Shown here one piece after another: positions 1 to 9,163 of a stretch of DNA of 64,000 bases. How positions within the stretch are numbered: position 1 is the stretch's first letter; each line of letters starts with the position of its first letter. The DNA is taken from contig JACRMB010000010.1 in assembly GCA_016235065.1 (NCBI GenBank), positions 6,281 to 70,280 on the forward strand, in the 5' to 3' direction. Source of the stretch: Actinomycetota bacterium. Lineage in GTDB: Bacteria > Actinomycetota > Thermoleophilia > BMS3ABIN01. Below the pieces are notes generated by a model. The model saw only the letters and a list, made by a program, of their open reading frames with translations, had not been told where the DNA came from and made no database searches. The translations under genes were made by a program, and so were the position numbers.

Positions 1-915
1 GCCGGCGATCGGAGCGGTGTTGCCAACGTTATCGGCGACCGAGCCACCGATCACATGTGAACCAAGGGCGAGACCTGTCACAGGACAGCTGGCACCGTTT
101 GTCGTAACGGTGCAACCCGAAAGCGGGGTGCCGTCAAGTGAGACAACGACGGAAGACGTGTTCACGTTCGTTCCGCTGTCGTTGTAGCTCACGCTGATCG
201 TGGTCGAACCCGTATTGATCGTTCCCGAAGGAGTCACGCTCGTGACTACCGGAGGAGCAGTGTCAGGTGCCGGAGGGACCAGCCACCCGCTGGCCGAAGT
301 CCAGGGCCTATTGTCACGGCCGCCGGTGAAGACGTAAGCGGCGTCGCAGACACCGTCGACGTTGACGTCGTTACATCCCTCGGCGGGAGTGTCGAACTTC
401 TCCCAGTAGTTGCCGCTCACCGGGCTCGCCTGGTCGAAGACGTTACCCGAACCTCCCGATGCGTACGCCGGGATGTTCGCGACCGTCGTGTTGTTGTTGA
501 AGATCTTGCTGTTGTTCGAGAAGAGGACGTAGAACCCGTAATTGAAATTGCTGACGGTAAGGTTCTTGACGGTGACGTTGTTCCGGACGGAAAGTGACAC
601 ACCCGTTGTGAATCCGCCGGAGCCTGTTACCGAGTGACCGTTACCGTCGAGAGTGATCCCGTCGGCGGTTATCTCGATACCGTTTTTACCGGCCGCGTTG
701 ATGTCGGCGGTAAGGGTACAAGTCTTGGTGGAGGCGTTCCATGTACCTACAGTGGAACAGTCACCACCAGTCGCACTGGCGCTGATTACCTTAGCGGCAG
801 CCGCCTGCGCATCCTGAGTAAATGCGAGGTTGAGAAGGAGTACTGCTAGAACCAAAAAACCAAGAACAAGAAAACCTTTCGATGACGCACTGAGTCCATG
901 CTGTTTTGCCTTCAC
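1..915 (-). CDS. Secreted protein with NosD/CASH-like right-handed beta-helix and Ig-like domain (3' end outside window)
   Basis: Hand translation from GTG at 915 (RBS AGGAAAGGA) is open to the window edge. It has a signal peptide (GFLVLGFLVLAVLLLNLAFTQDAQA), then GIEITADGITLDGNGH...VTVKNLTVSNFNYG...GNYWEKFD...NVDGVCD, then DTAPPVV and an Ig-like segment. Absent from the ORF track. Confidence 0.8.
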   Translation of the reverse strand, partial: MKAKQHGLSASSKGFLVLGFLVLAVLLLNLAFTQDAQAAAAKVISASATGGDCSTVGTWNASTKTCTLTADINAAGKNGIEITADGITLDGNGHSVTGSGGFTTGVSLSVRNNVTVKNLTVSNFNYGFYVLFSNNSKIFNNNTTVANIPAYASGGSGNVFDQASPVSGNYWEKFDTPAEGCNDVNVDGVCDAAYVFTGGRDNRPWTSASGWLVPPAPDTAPPVVTSVTPSGTINTGSTTISVSYNDSGTNVNTSSVVVSLDGTPLSGCTVTTNGASCPVTGLALGSHVIGGSVADNVGNTAPIAG

Positions 916-1661
916 CCGTGTTCCTTTCCTATTTTAAATGCTGGGGGGGGGTATAAAAATGTTCTTGATTTTAGCGTGTCATTCTTTTTATGTAAATACT
1001 TTCACAAAGAGCATCTGCCTGGTTTCCTTCCAGTTCTGGCGGTATATAAGCGATTCAGAGGCATGGTCATCCATTACGGCCAACTGGCAGAGGGTCCCGG
1101 CTTTATTCTGTAACCATGTCGGCCCCCTTTTGCCCGGCTGCCCGCAAACCCGCTTATTTGCAGCAATTCATATATGTGCATCTCAGTCCCATCCACTCGC
1201 AGGTCAAGCCCTGTTCGTTTCAGAAAACGACTCTTTTGATGAATCAAGGCCTGGTTTTTACCGATTTCAGTGGCTTTTGCAGCCCTGGAAAAAATAGGGG
1301 AATTCCCCTAGAAGGATTTCTGCCGTTTTTAGCCCCCGGAGCCTCCAATCACCTGAAATTGGAGGCGGCAGCCAAATCGCCCCAAGCTGGGCTAGTTTGT
1401 CATGAAGGCATATACCTGTCGCTATCAGTGTTCTCTTCTGTCAACGGTGCTCTGGTATCGCTGAAGGCATTTTCCACCTTACGGCGGCGCTTCTTGGAGG
1501 TGCTGTTCTTGGGGTATTTCTGCGAGGAGTTCCAGCTTGTCACGCCGACACTATCTTGTTATATCTACCAGATCTGTCCACCAGAGGCGGCGGCTCCAGA
1601 ATCGTATGGCCTTTGCGCTACTCTCTGCCGCGACGGTCCGCGACTAAGTGCTGCTGTGTTG

Positions 1662-2033
1662 CTACCCGCCACCACTGCGGGCAGCTTCGATCGCAGCCTT
1701 GAGATCGCGCGGCAGAGGCTTATCGGAGACCACAAAATCATAGAGCTTATCAGCAAGCTCCGGAGAGCGGTAGAGCTCCCGCTGGAGTCCGCGCTGGCGG
1801 AACTCGAAGAAGTGTTCGGGCTTTACCCGCAACGATCGGGCAATCGCCCGGATCACTTGATCCGCGGGCACAGGCCTGGTGCCGCAGGCGAGATGGTTGA
1901 GGTATCCGGCTGAGAGCTTCGTGCGGGTCGCAAGTCTTCGGTAACTAATTTTTCGGAGTTCCATCAGCTGGCGCAAAGTCTCGGGAAAGGGTCTGATCGA
2001 ATTCGGGATATCCTTCGATGCGTCAGTAATCAT
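1662..2033 (-). CDS. XRE-family helix-turn-helix transcriptional regulator
   Basis: LRQLMELRKISYRRLATRTKLSAGYLNHLACGTRPVP is an HTH_3-like pattern. ATGA overlap with the trpA stop. Confidence 0.8.
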   Translation of the reverse strand: MITDASKDIPNSIRPFPETLRQLMELRKISYRRLATRTKLSAGYLNHLACGTRPVPADQVIRAIARSLRVKPEHFFEFRQRGLQRELYRSPELADKLYDFVVSDKPLPRDLKAAIEAARSGGG

Positions 2034-2812
2034 TTAAGCACCTCATTGACCTCATTCAGAAAATTGGTAATAGCGCGGCCCGCGGTGTCAATGTCCGGCG
2101 CCTCGCTCACTATGTTGATAAGACGGCTGCCTATGATAACTCCGTCGGCGTATCTGGCAACCTCTGCGGCGTGCTCCGGAGTAGATACGCCGAAGCCGAT
2201 AGCAAGTGGCACGTCGGTCCGCGCGCGTACCCTGGCGATGAAACCAGGCAGCTGATCCGAGAGCGACGTGCGTGCTCCCGTAACACCTGCCACCGATACA
2301 CAATAGATAAACCCGGACGCCGCCTTCGCGATAAGCTCGATCCGCTCGTCGGGGCTGGTCGGCGCCACCAGGAGGATAGGATCGACTCCCCTCGCCCGGC
2401 AGGCATCGATAAAATCTGTGCCTTCGTCTACCGGCAGATCCGGGACTATCAGTCCGTCGACACCAGCGGCAGCGGCCGCTTCGATGAAGCGGTCCTGGCC
2501 GTAGGCGAAAACGCAATTGTAGTAGACCATGAGGACGACCGGTATCCGGGAGCTGAACTCAGAGGCCAGCTGCAGGACGTCATCGGGCGTGACGCCCTGT
2601 TCCAGCGCTTGCTGGGTCGACGCCTGCACGACCGGCCCGTCGGCCAGAGGGTCAGAGAATGGCACCCCCATCTCGATCATGTCGGCGCCGCCGGAGATAA
2701 AGGCTTCGAGCACATGGCGGCATTCGTGCATGGTCGGATAACCGCCTGTGGTATAGGGCATCAGCAACGCTTTTTTCCCGCTTCCGCGGAATATCTCTTC
2801 GAGCCGGCTCAT
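2030..2812 (-). CDS. trpA: Tryptophan synthase alpha chain
   Basis: [19 protein letters not shown] and IGFGVS motifs. Confidence 0.97.
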   Translation of the reverse strand: MSRLEEIFRGSGKKALLMPYTTGGYPTMHECRHVLEAFISGGADMIEMGVPFSDPLADGPVVQASTQQALEQGVTPDDVLQLASEFSSRIPVVLMVYYNCVFAYGQDRFIEAAAAAGVDGLIVPDLPVDEGTDFIDACRARGVDPILLVAPTSPDERIELIAKAASGFIYCVSVAGVTGARTSLSDQLPGFIARVRARTDVPLAIGFGVSTPEHAAEVARYADGVIIGSRLINIVSEAPDIDTAGRAITNFLNEVNEVLK

Positions 2813-3987
2813 TCCATTATCCCCAGTGCCCGCGCCGCCTGGTGCACATCCTTGTCGCCGCGGCCGCTCAGATTGACGATCACCGCGTCATCCGCGCTGT
2901 AATCAGCCGCGTGCTTCGTGATCCAGGCAATCGCGTGGGAACTCTCCAGTGCCGGTATTATCCCCTCGGTTTCAGACAGCATAGTGAAGCAGGCCAGGGC
3001 CTCCGCGTCGGTGACAGAGTCGTAACGGACCCTGCCCTCGTCGTGCAGCCACGAGTGTTCCGGGCCCACTCCGGGGTAATCCAGGCCCGCCGAGATAGAG
3101 TGTGCTTCCAGGATCTGCCCATAAGCATCCTGAAGGATATAAGACATGGAACCGTGCAGGACTCCCCTATGGCCCCGTTCGATGGAAGCGCCGTGCTTGC
3201 CGCTGTCGAGTCCCTCCCCCGCCGCCTCGACTCCGACCATGGGCACATCGTCATCCAAAAATGCTGCAAACAGTCCCATTGCGTTGGAACCACCGCCGAC
3301 ACAGGCGATAAGCTCGGCCGGCAGCCTGCCCTCAGCCTCCAGGAACTGGGCGCGTGCCTCTCGGCCGATGACACTCTGGAAATCACGCACCAGCGCTGGA
3401 TACGGAGCCGGACCGGCCACCGAGCCGATGACATAATAAGTATTCTCCACGTTGGTGACCCAGTCGCGGATAGCCTCGTTCATGGCATCCTTGAGTGACT
3501 GGCTGCCGGAGCTGACCGGGATGACCTCTGCGCCCAGCAGCTTCATGCGCACAACGTTCAGCTCCTGCCTGGCGATATCCTTGATCCCCATGTAGATGGC
3601 GCAGGGGATGCCGAACAGCGCCGCAGCCGTGGCCGTCGCCACTCCGTGCTGGCCGGCTCCGGTCTCGGCGATGATCCGCTTCTTCCCCATCTCAGCCGCC
3701 AGCAGCAGCTGCCCTACAGTGTTGTTGATCTTGTGGGCGCCGGTATGGCAGAGGTCCTCACGCTTGAGATAGATGCGCGGGCCGCCCAGTTTTTCCGTCA
3801 GCCGCGACGCAAAATACAGCGGCGTCGGCCGCCCGACAAAGTCTTTTAGCAGCGATTCCAGTTCGGTCTTAAAGCCAGGATCGTCTTTGAGCCGCTCATA
3901 TGCGGCGGTTAGCTCGTCGAGAGCCGGAATCACCGTCTCGGGTACATAGCGGCCGCCGTAGGGGCCGAATCTGGCCTGTATGGTCAT
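2809..3987 (-). CDS. trpB: Tryptophan synthase beta chain
   Basis: [24 protein letters not shown] and [13 protein letters not shown] motifs. Confidence 0.98.
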   Translation of the reverse strand: MTIQARFGPYGGRYVPETVIPALDELTAAYERLKDDPGFKTELESLLKDFVGRPTPLYFASRLTEKLGGPRIYLKREDLCHTGAHKINNTVGQLLLAAEMGKKRIIAETGAGQHGVATATAAALFGIPCAIYMGIKDIARQELNVVRMKLLGAEVIPVSSGSQSLKDAMNEAIRDWVTNVENTYYVIGSVAGPAPYPALVRDFQSVIGREARAQFLEAEGRLPAELIACVGGGSNAMGLFAAFLDDDVPMVGVEAAGEGLDSGKHGASIERGHRGVLHGSMSYILQDAYGQILEAHSISAGLDYPGVGPEHSWLHDEGRVRYDSVTDAEALACFTMLSETEGIIPALESSHAIAWITKHAADYSADDAVIVNLSGRGDKDVHQAARALGIME

Positions 3988-4628
3988 GTAACCTCTTTCC
4001 TGATTCTTTCAAACAGAAGCCGAAGCTGTCCGTGATCCTTGATTCCAGGAGCCGACTCGACCCCGCTGGATACATCGACGGCGAAAGGCGCCGCAGCCCG
4101 AACTGCATCCATGATGTTCAGGGGATTCAGGCCGCCGGCCAGAATCAGCCTCGCGCCCCGGAAGTCTTCGTCGAGCGCGGCGGGCAGGCTCCAGTCGAAT
4201 GTCTCTCCGCTGCCGCCCCGGCGCTCAGGATGATAAGTATCCAGCAGAATGTAATCGGTGTCAAACTGGACAACGCGCTCCAGCGACTCCGGACCCGATA
4301 CCGCCAGCGCCTTGATCACCAGCACGCCGGTGTGCTCCCGAACCTCGCGGCATTCCTCCGGGCTCTCGTCGCCGTGCAGCTGAACCGCCGTCAGCCCGCA
4401 GGCCTCCACCGCTCCGGCTATCACATCCGCCCTGGCGTTGACGAAGACACCAACGCGGTCTACGCCTGCAGGCGCCGACGCCAGCACTTCAGATGCCCGC
4501 GCGATACTCACCTGGCGCGGACTTTCCGGAGCGAAGATCACACCGAGCGCCCAGGCTCCCAGTTCCACAGCAAGCGCCGCGTCCTCAGACCGGGTGAGCC
4601 CACAGATCTTGACCTTCACATCCGCCAT
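3984..4628 (-). CDS. trpF: Phosphoribosylanthranilate isomerase
   Basis: VKICGLT, QLHGDE, LAGGLNP and DVSSGVE motifs. Start moved to ATG 4628. Confidence 0.95.
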   Translation of the reverse strand: MADVKVKICGLTRSEDAALAVELGAWALGVIFAPESPRQVSIARASEVLASAPAGVDRVGVFVNARADVIAGAVEACGLTAVQLHGDESPEECREVREHTGVLVIKALAVSGPESLERVVQFDTDYILLDTYHPERRGGSGETFDWSLPAALDEDFRGARLILAGGLNPLNIMDAVRAAAPFAVDVSSGVESAPGIKDHGQLRLLFERIRKEVT

Positions 4629-4633
4629 TGCCC

Positions 4634-5623
4634 TTACCTGTACTTCCGCGTCTGGAAGATGATTATCATGACAACAGAAACCACCGCCATGAACATGAGG
4701 CTCCCCCACATCCAGACACGGCTGCCCACGGGCAGTTCGGCGAAGTTCATCCCCCAGAAACCGGTGATGAAGGTGAGTGGCATGAAGATGGTGGCAACCA
4801 GGGTCAGCCGCTTCATTATCTCATTGAGCCGGTTGGAGACCGCTGAAAGATGCACGTCCAGGGAACCGGTAAGGATATCCCGGTAGGAATCGAGCATGTC
4901 TGACAACCGGATCAGGTGGTCGTAGACGTCGCGCAGATAAGGCAGTGTCTCACTGGTCACCAGCGGGAAGTCCCGGGATGTCATCTCGTTGATCGCCTCG
5001 CGCAGCGGGCCGGCTTTCTTGCGGAAATGGATCAGCTCGCGCTTGAAGTCGAAGATGCGGTGCACCGTCGTCTCGTCCGCCTTGGGATCCACCACCGCGT
5101 CCTCAAGGGCATCGAGCTCGTCCTCGACCCCGTCCACGGTCTCTATGTATCCGTCTACCACCGTGTCCATCAGGTAGTAGGCCAGCATGTCCGAGCCGCA
5201 ACTCATGATCCGGGACCGGCTGTCGGCGTCCTTCCAGACCCTCTGGATCGCGCGCGAGTCACCGCGATGTACCGACACCAGGAAATTACGGCCGACAAAG
5301 AGGTCGATCTCTTCCCACTTTAGAGACAGGCTGCCACCGCTGACGTCAGCGGTTACCGCGTGCATCACCAGGAAGAAGTGGTCATCGTAAGGTTCGACCT
5401 TGGATCGCTGTCCGTCGTCCTTGGAGGCGTCCTCCAGGGCCAGCTCGTGGAAATTGAAGGGCGGTGCTCCCAGAAGGTCGCGGTCTTCCTGGGTCAGGGG
5501 ACCGGCCATGTCGAGCCAGACCAGCCCGTCTCCCCTGCCAGCAAACTCGACCGCCTCGGCAACAGATACGGTTTTGACGCCCGCTTCTTTTGAGCCGCAC
5601 ACCTTGGCCTGCATGTCCGCCAC
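4634..5623 (-). CDS. corA: CorA-family Mg2+/Co2+ transporter
   Basis: WLDM, HELALED and C-terminal PLTFITGFWGMNF (GMN signature) with two TM helices. Confidence 0.93.
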   Translation of the reverse strand: MADMQAKVCGSKEAGVKTVSVAEAVEFAGRGDGLVWLDMAGPLTQEDRDLLGAPPFNFHELALEDASKDDGQRSKVEPYDDHFFLVMHAVTADVSGGSLSLKWEEIDLFVGRNFLVSVHRGDSRAIQRVWKDADSRSRIMSCGSDMLAYYLMDTVVDGYIETVDGVEDELDALEDAVVDPKADETTVHRIFDFKRELIHFRKKAGPLREAINEMTSRDFPLVTSETLPYLRDVYDHLIRLSDMLDSYRDILTGSLDVHLSAVSNRLNEIMKRLTLVATIFMPLTFITGFWGMNFAELPVGSRVWMWGSLMFMAVVSVVMIIIFQTRKYR

Positions 5624-5769
5624 CTGTCCGTCGGCTGGGGTTTACCGGAAACAAACAAGCCCGACTGACGCCGGGCTGAAATAAGTCGAACTTCCTGATC
5701 TGTCCTTCCAGACACAATAGCCGCTACACCTGATTGCCACAACGGCCACCGCAACCTGCCTGCTGCCAG

Positions 5770-7140
5770 CTACTCGTGAATATGCAGCGGTGTCCCGATC
5801 GGGGTCCAGTCATAGACATGCTTGGCTGTATCTACGGGCAGACCGACACAGCCATGGCTGGAACGTTGCCCGAAGGCGGTCGCCCAGTAATTTCCATGCA
5901 TCGTATAATCACCCTTGAAAACCATGACCCAGGGAACCTTCGGGGCGAAATATCCCGGGCCCCTCATGTCAATCGCGGACATCTTGGCGTAAATCGTGTA
6001 GTCACCCAACGGAGTGTCGGTGCCGGAATTGCCGGTCGAGCATAGGAAAGACTCCACTGCCACGCCATTTTCGTAAAGCGTCACAACCTGTTCTGAGATA
6101 TCCACGTCGATGGACTTGGCGGGAGCCGTCGTGAAAGTTGCTGTGGAATCTGCTTCCAGGAAACCTCCGGAGACTCCGCGCAGCGCCTGCGGACCGCTCT
6201 TGATGCTGATGGTAACGTCCTGCAGATGGTCCCAGGCGTTGGTCGGCTTGAACTCCAGACGGTTGGGAGCCGGCCAGGAGAAAGTCCCGTCGACCTTTGG
6301 CTCGACCGTGACCAGGGTGCGGGCGAGATCCTGGTTGGAAACAGGCTCGCTGAAGATTATCGCCGGATTCGCCTCAGTGCTGGCGCCCGAGGTCCCATCG
6401 GTAGGCTCGAAGACGAGTTGAAGCGCCGGCGCGGTCTTGACCGCGGATGCCAGTGGCGCCTTGAGCTCCCTGCCGTTGCTCGAAGTCGCACCGGTTATCT
6501 TCAGCGGGAATTCCTTGCCCTGTTCGAACTTGGCCAGGGCGATATGGGCAACACGGCCGCCCTCTTCAAGCCGTGAAGTACTCTGGATGCCTTCGAGCGT
6601 GTAATCGAAATCGCTGATCGGGATGTTCCATTCGAGGGTCACTTCTTCACCATACTTGACCTTGAGCCCATCCTTGGGAATTATCGGCATCGGAGTGGTC
6701 ACTGTCGTGAAGGTGACAGTCTGTTCCACCGGCGCATCGGCTACTCCGGACATCCCGAACTCCTTGACCGTGCCGGTGATAGTGATCGTATATTCAGCGT
6801 CGGCGACAAGGGGATTGGAGCCATCCTCAAGAACAAACCGGCCGTCAGTCAGGTGACCGCTCAGCAGGCGTTCGTTCTCACGAGTGCCGTCGGGGGCGAT
6901 CCGTGCTTCCTTGACCGCGACCGTCGCAAGGCTGGCGCCCCATCGGCTGGTCGAGATCTCCAGGCCGCTGTCGTCAGGGATTATCTCAGAGGAACCATCG
7001 CCGGGACTCACAGAGATCCGCGGAGGCAGGACGACCACGAGCAGCAGTGTCGCCACGACTGCAAGCGCCGCGACTCCACCGGCGATGATGACCGCGAGTT
7101 TTATGCGTGACGCCAGCTTGCCAACCTGCGGCGCCGTCAA
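5770..7140 (-). CDS. Membrane-anchored L,D-transpeptidase with Ig-like domains (start uncertain)
   Basis: N-terminal TM segment, Ig-like repeats, and a C-terminal YkuD motif MHGNYW...SHGCVGL. Confidence 0.88.
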   Translation of the reverse strand: MTAPQVGKLASRIKLAVIIAGGVAALAVVATLLLVVVLPPRISVSPGDGSSEIIPDDSGLEISTSRWGASLATVAVKEARIAPDGTRENERLLSGHLTDGRFVLEDGSNPLVADAEYTITITGTVKEFGMSGVADAPVEQTVTFTTVTTPMPIIPKDGLKVKYGEEVTLEWNIPISDFDYTLEGIQSTSRLEEGGRVAHIALAKFEQGKEFPLKITGATSSNGRELKAPLASAVKTAPALQLVFEPTDGTSGASTEANPAIIFSEPVSNQDLARTLVTVEPKVDGTFSWPAPNRLEFKPTNAWDHLQDVTISIKSGPQALRGVSGGFLEADSTATFTTAPAKSIDVDISEQVVTLYENGVAVESFLCSTGNSGTDTPLGDYTIYAKMSAIDMRGPGYFAPKVPWVMVFKGDYTMHGNYWATAFGQRSSHGCVGLPVDTAKHVYDWTPIGTPLHIHE

Positions 7141-7449
7141 TTCCTTGGTTGCTTCCCTGCCCAGCTTGACCGTCCCGTAGTCTGATTGAGATTGGCACTC
7201 TTCTTGTAACTCATATTTATCCCCAATAGCCGGCAGACTAACCTTAACCTGGGGATTCGCCTCCGTCCGATTCGATGCGGCGCAACCAGAACAGCGCCGA
7301 TTCGGGACGAATAGAGGGAGTATAGCAAAGAGTAGAAGTGTGTTTCCAGAGCAATTTCTCATATTTCTCATCCCCCTTGCTTATCTGCTATTTTGATTAA
7401 GCAATATCCTGGCCCGCCACGGGCCGGGAGACCCCGCGAAAAGATCCTG

Positions 7450-8487
7450 ATGCCAGTGAAACGAAAAGCCTTAGCCCTGCTCTCCGGCGGCCTCGACAGC
7501 CGCCTGGCGGTCAAGATGATGCTCGAACAGGGCATCGAGATAGAGGGACTCAACTTCGTGACCGTGTTCTGCACCTGCACCGCGAGGAGCAGCTGCAAAT
7601 CCGAAGCGAGGAAGGCCGCCGAGGAGTACGGCATCCCGCTCAAGGTCCTCAACGCCACCGACGAGATCCTCGAAGCCATCGGCAACCCCAAACACGGTTT
7701 CGGCCGCGGCCTCAACCCCTGCCTGGACTGCCGTATCAGCATGTTCCGCCGGGCCGGCAGGTACATGAAAGAGACCGGGGCTGATTTCCTGGTGACCGGT
7801 GAGGTCTGGGGTGAGCGGCCCATGTCCCAGAGGCCGGACGCGCTGGCGACCATCGAGAAGGAATCCGGCCTTGCCGGGCTTATCGTGCGCCCGCTGTCGG
7901 CTCACCTCTTCGAGCCCAGCATCCCCGAGCGCGAGGGCTGGATCGACCGGGAGAAAATGATGGCGATCAGCGGCCGTTCCCGCAAACCCCAGATGCAGCT
8001 GGCCCACGAGCTGGGCGTCAACGACTATCCCTGCCCTGCCGGCGGCTGTCTGCTCTGCGACAAGAATTTTGCGGCCCGCCTCAAGCACCTCCTCCAGGAA
8101 GATCCCAAGCCCGCGATCGCCGAGATCCAGGCTCTGAGACTCGGGCGGCTCATCTTTTCTTCCGGGGGGAAGCGGATCATGATCCCAAGGAACGAGGAAG
8201 AGACCCAGCGGCTCGTGGCGCTGGCCCGTCCCAGCGACCTGCTCATGAGCGCCGAAGATCACATGGGCCCCACCGCCGTCATCAAGGGCAGCGAGATCGA
8301 CGAGGCGACATTGCAGGAAGCGGCGGCGCTGACCGCCCGCTACGGGCAGGGACGCGACGAGGAGAAAGTGACCGTATCTTACTGGCCCGCCGGCCAGGAA
8401 GTGGACGGCGGTTCCCCGGATCGCCATGCCCTGACTGTCTCCCCCGCTGATGGCTGGCGGCTGGCGGACTCGCTCACCCGGGAATAG
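7450..8487 (+). CDS. PP-loop ATPase, ThiI/MnmA-like putative tRNA sulfurtransferase with DUF814-like C-terminus
   Basis: SGGLDS PP-loop, NPCLDCR, TGEVWGERPMSQ and YPCPAGGCLLC. Confidence 0.8.
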   Translation: MPVKRKALALLSGGLDSRLAVKMMLEQGIEIEGLNFVTVFCTCTARSSCKSEARKAAEEYGIPLKVLNATDEILEAIGNPKHGFGRGLNPCLDCRISMFRRAGRYMKETGADFLVTGEVWGERPMSQRPDALATIEKESGLAGLIVRPLSAHLFEPSIPEREGWIDREKMMAISGRSRKPQMQLAHELGVNDYPCPAGGCLLCDKNFAARLKHLLQEDPKPAIAEIQALRLGRLIFSSGGKRIMIPRNEEETQRLVALARPSDLLMSAEDHMGPTAVIKGSEIDEATLQEAAALTARYGQGRDEEKVTVSYWPAGQEVDGGSPDRHALTVSPADGWRLADSLTRE

Positions 8488-8628
8488 GGAACTGACGGGG
8501 CCGCGCTCCGGTCCAGCCTTCACATGCCTTCTTTCTTATGCCTGCCGTTCTACCTCGGGATGAATCCTTTCCCCATGCGAAACATCTAAGGTATTAAATA
8601 GCGCAATGAAGGGTCCAGTACGAGGAAC

Positions 8629-8684
8629 GATTGCACAGATAAAGTGCGAAGCTCCCGATTACACAGATAAAGTGCGAAGCTCCC
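8629..8684 (+). repeat. Tandem 28-bp direct repeat (2 copies) ending at the RBS of the putative selenoprotein gene
   Basis: GATT(G/A)CACAGATAAAGTGCGAAGCTCCC at 8629-8656 and 8657-8684 with one mismatch, followed by AGGAGG. Confidence 0.9.
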
Positions 8685-8696
8685 AGGAGGTAACAG

Positions 8697-9044
8697 ATGT
8701 CAGTGAATGACAAGGTTGAGATCCCGGTATTCGGGTCACGGTACCTGGACTCCTGCTCCGGCGGTTGAGGCCCCAGCTGGTCTCTGGAAGAGATCACGGA
8801 GCATATCAACAGGCAGCTTGACCAGGATTTTGGCGGGACCGCCCAAATCCGGTATGTGGATTTCGATTCGCCGGAACTCTCGGAATTCCCGGAAGTCTAT
8901 CAGCGGGTGGCTGTTGACCGCGACCTTGAACCCGGCACGATCCTGTTCAGGGGTGAACTGGTGCCGATATGGGATGTCCAGTACAACCGCCTGACCGAAG
9001 AGTTCGTGAAGATGGGCGCAGAGCCCGTCCGCAAGGCTTCGTAG
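8697..9044 (+). CDS. Putative selenoprotein, YuzD/DUF1462-like thioredoxin fold, CxxxU motif (115 aa)
   Basis: RBS AGGAGG 8685-8690, ATG 8697 and in-frame TGA 8766-8768 in DSCSGG*GPSW. The frame stays open to TAG 9044 (same frame as track ORF 8856..9044). A SECIS-like hairpin follows the TGA. Confidence 0.75.
8778..8796 (+). promoter_or_regulatory. Candidate bacterial SECIS hairpin
   Basis: TGGTCTCT-GGA-AGAGATCA stem-loop starting 10 nt after the UGA, with a loop G about 18 nt downstream. Confidence 0.6.
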
Positions 9045-9069
9045 TACCTGCTCCAGCAGAATGAATAAA

Positions 9070-9097
9070 GGACGGCCATGGCGCCGTCCTTTTTTTG
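9070..9097 (+). terminator. Intrinsic terminator after the putative selenoprotein gene
   Basis: GGACGGC...GCCGTCC stem followed by a T-run. Confidence 0.75.
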
Positions 9098-9163
9098 TCC
9101 GTTTCGAATGCATCCGCCGCCAGGCCAACAATCGGCCACCAGAGCGTCGCGCACCGGCCGCGG

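Noticed and set aside
1400-1543. 47-codon basic ORF on the minus strand (MTSWNSSQKYPKNSTSKKRRRKVEN...)
   Set aside because: It has a GTG start with no RBS and no recognisable family. It is possible but unsupported.
1116-1913. 265-aa + strand ORF and overlapping short ORFs at 634-1297
   Set aside because: They are antisense to the XRE or secreted-protein genes or span regulatory DNA, and they show no motifs.
8629-8684. CRISPR mini-array
   Set aside because: There are two abutting copies, no spacer and no cas genes.
8707-8994. Track ORFs 8707..8994 (+) and 8736..9194 (-) as the real gene
   Set aside because: They lack a well-placed RBS and protein-like pattern. The RBS fits ATG 8697 in the UGA read-through frame.
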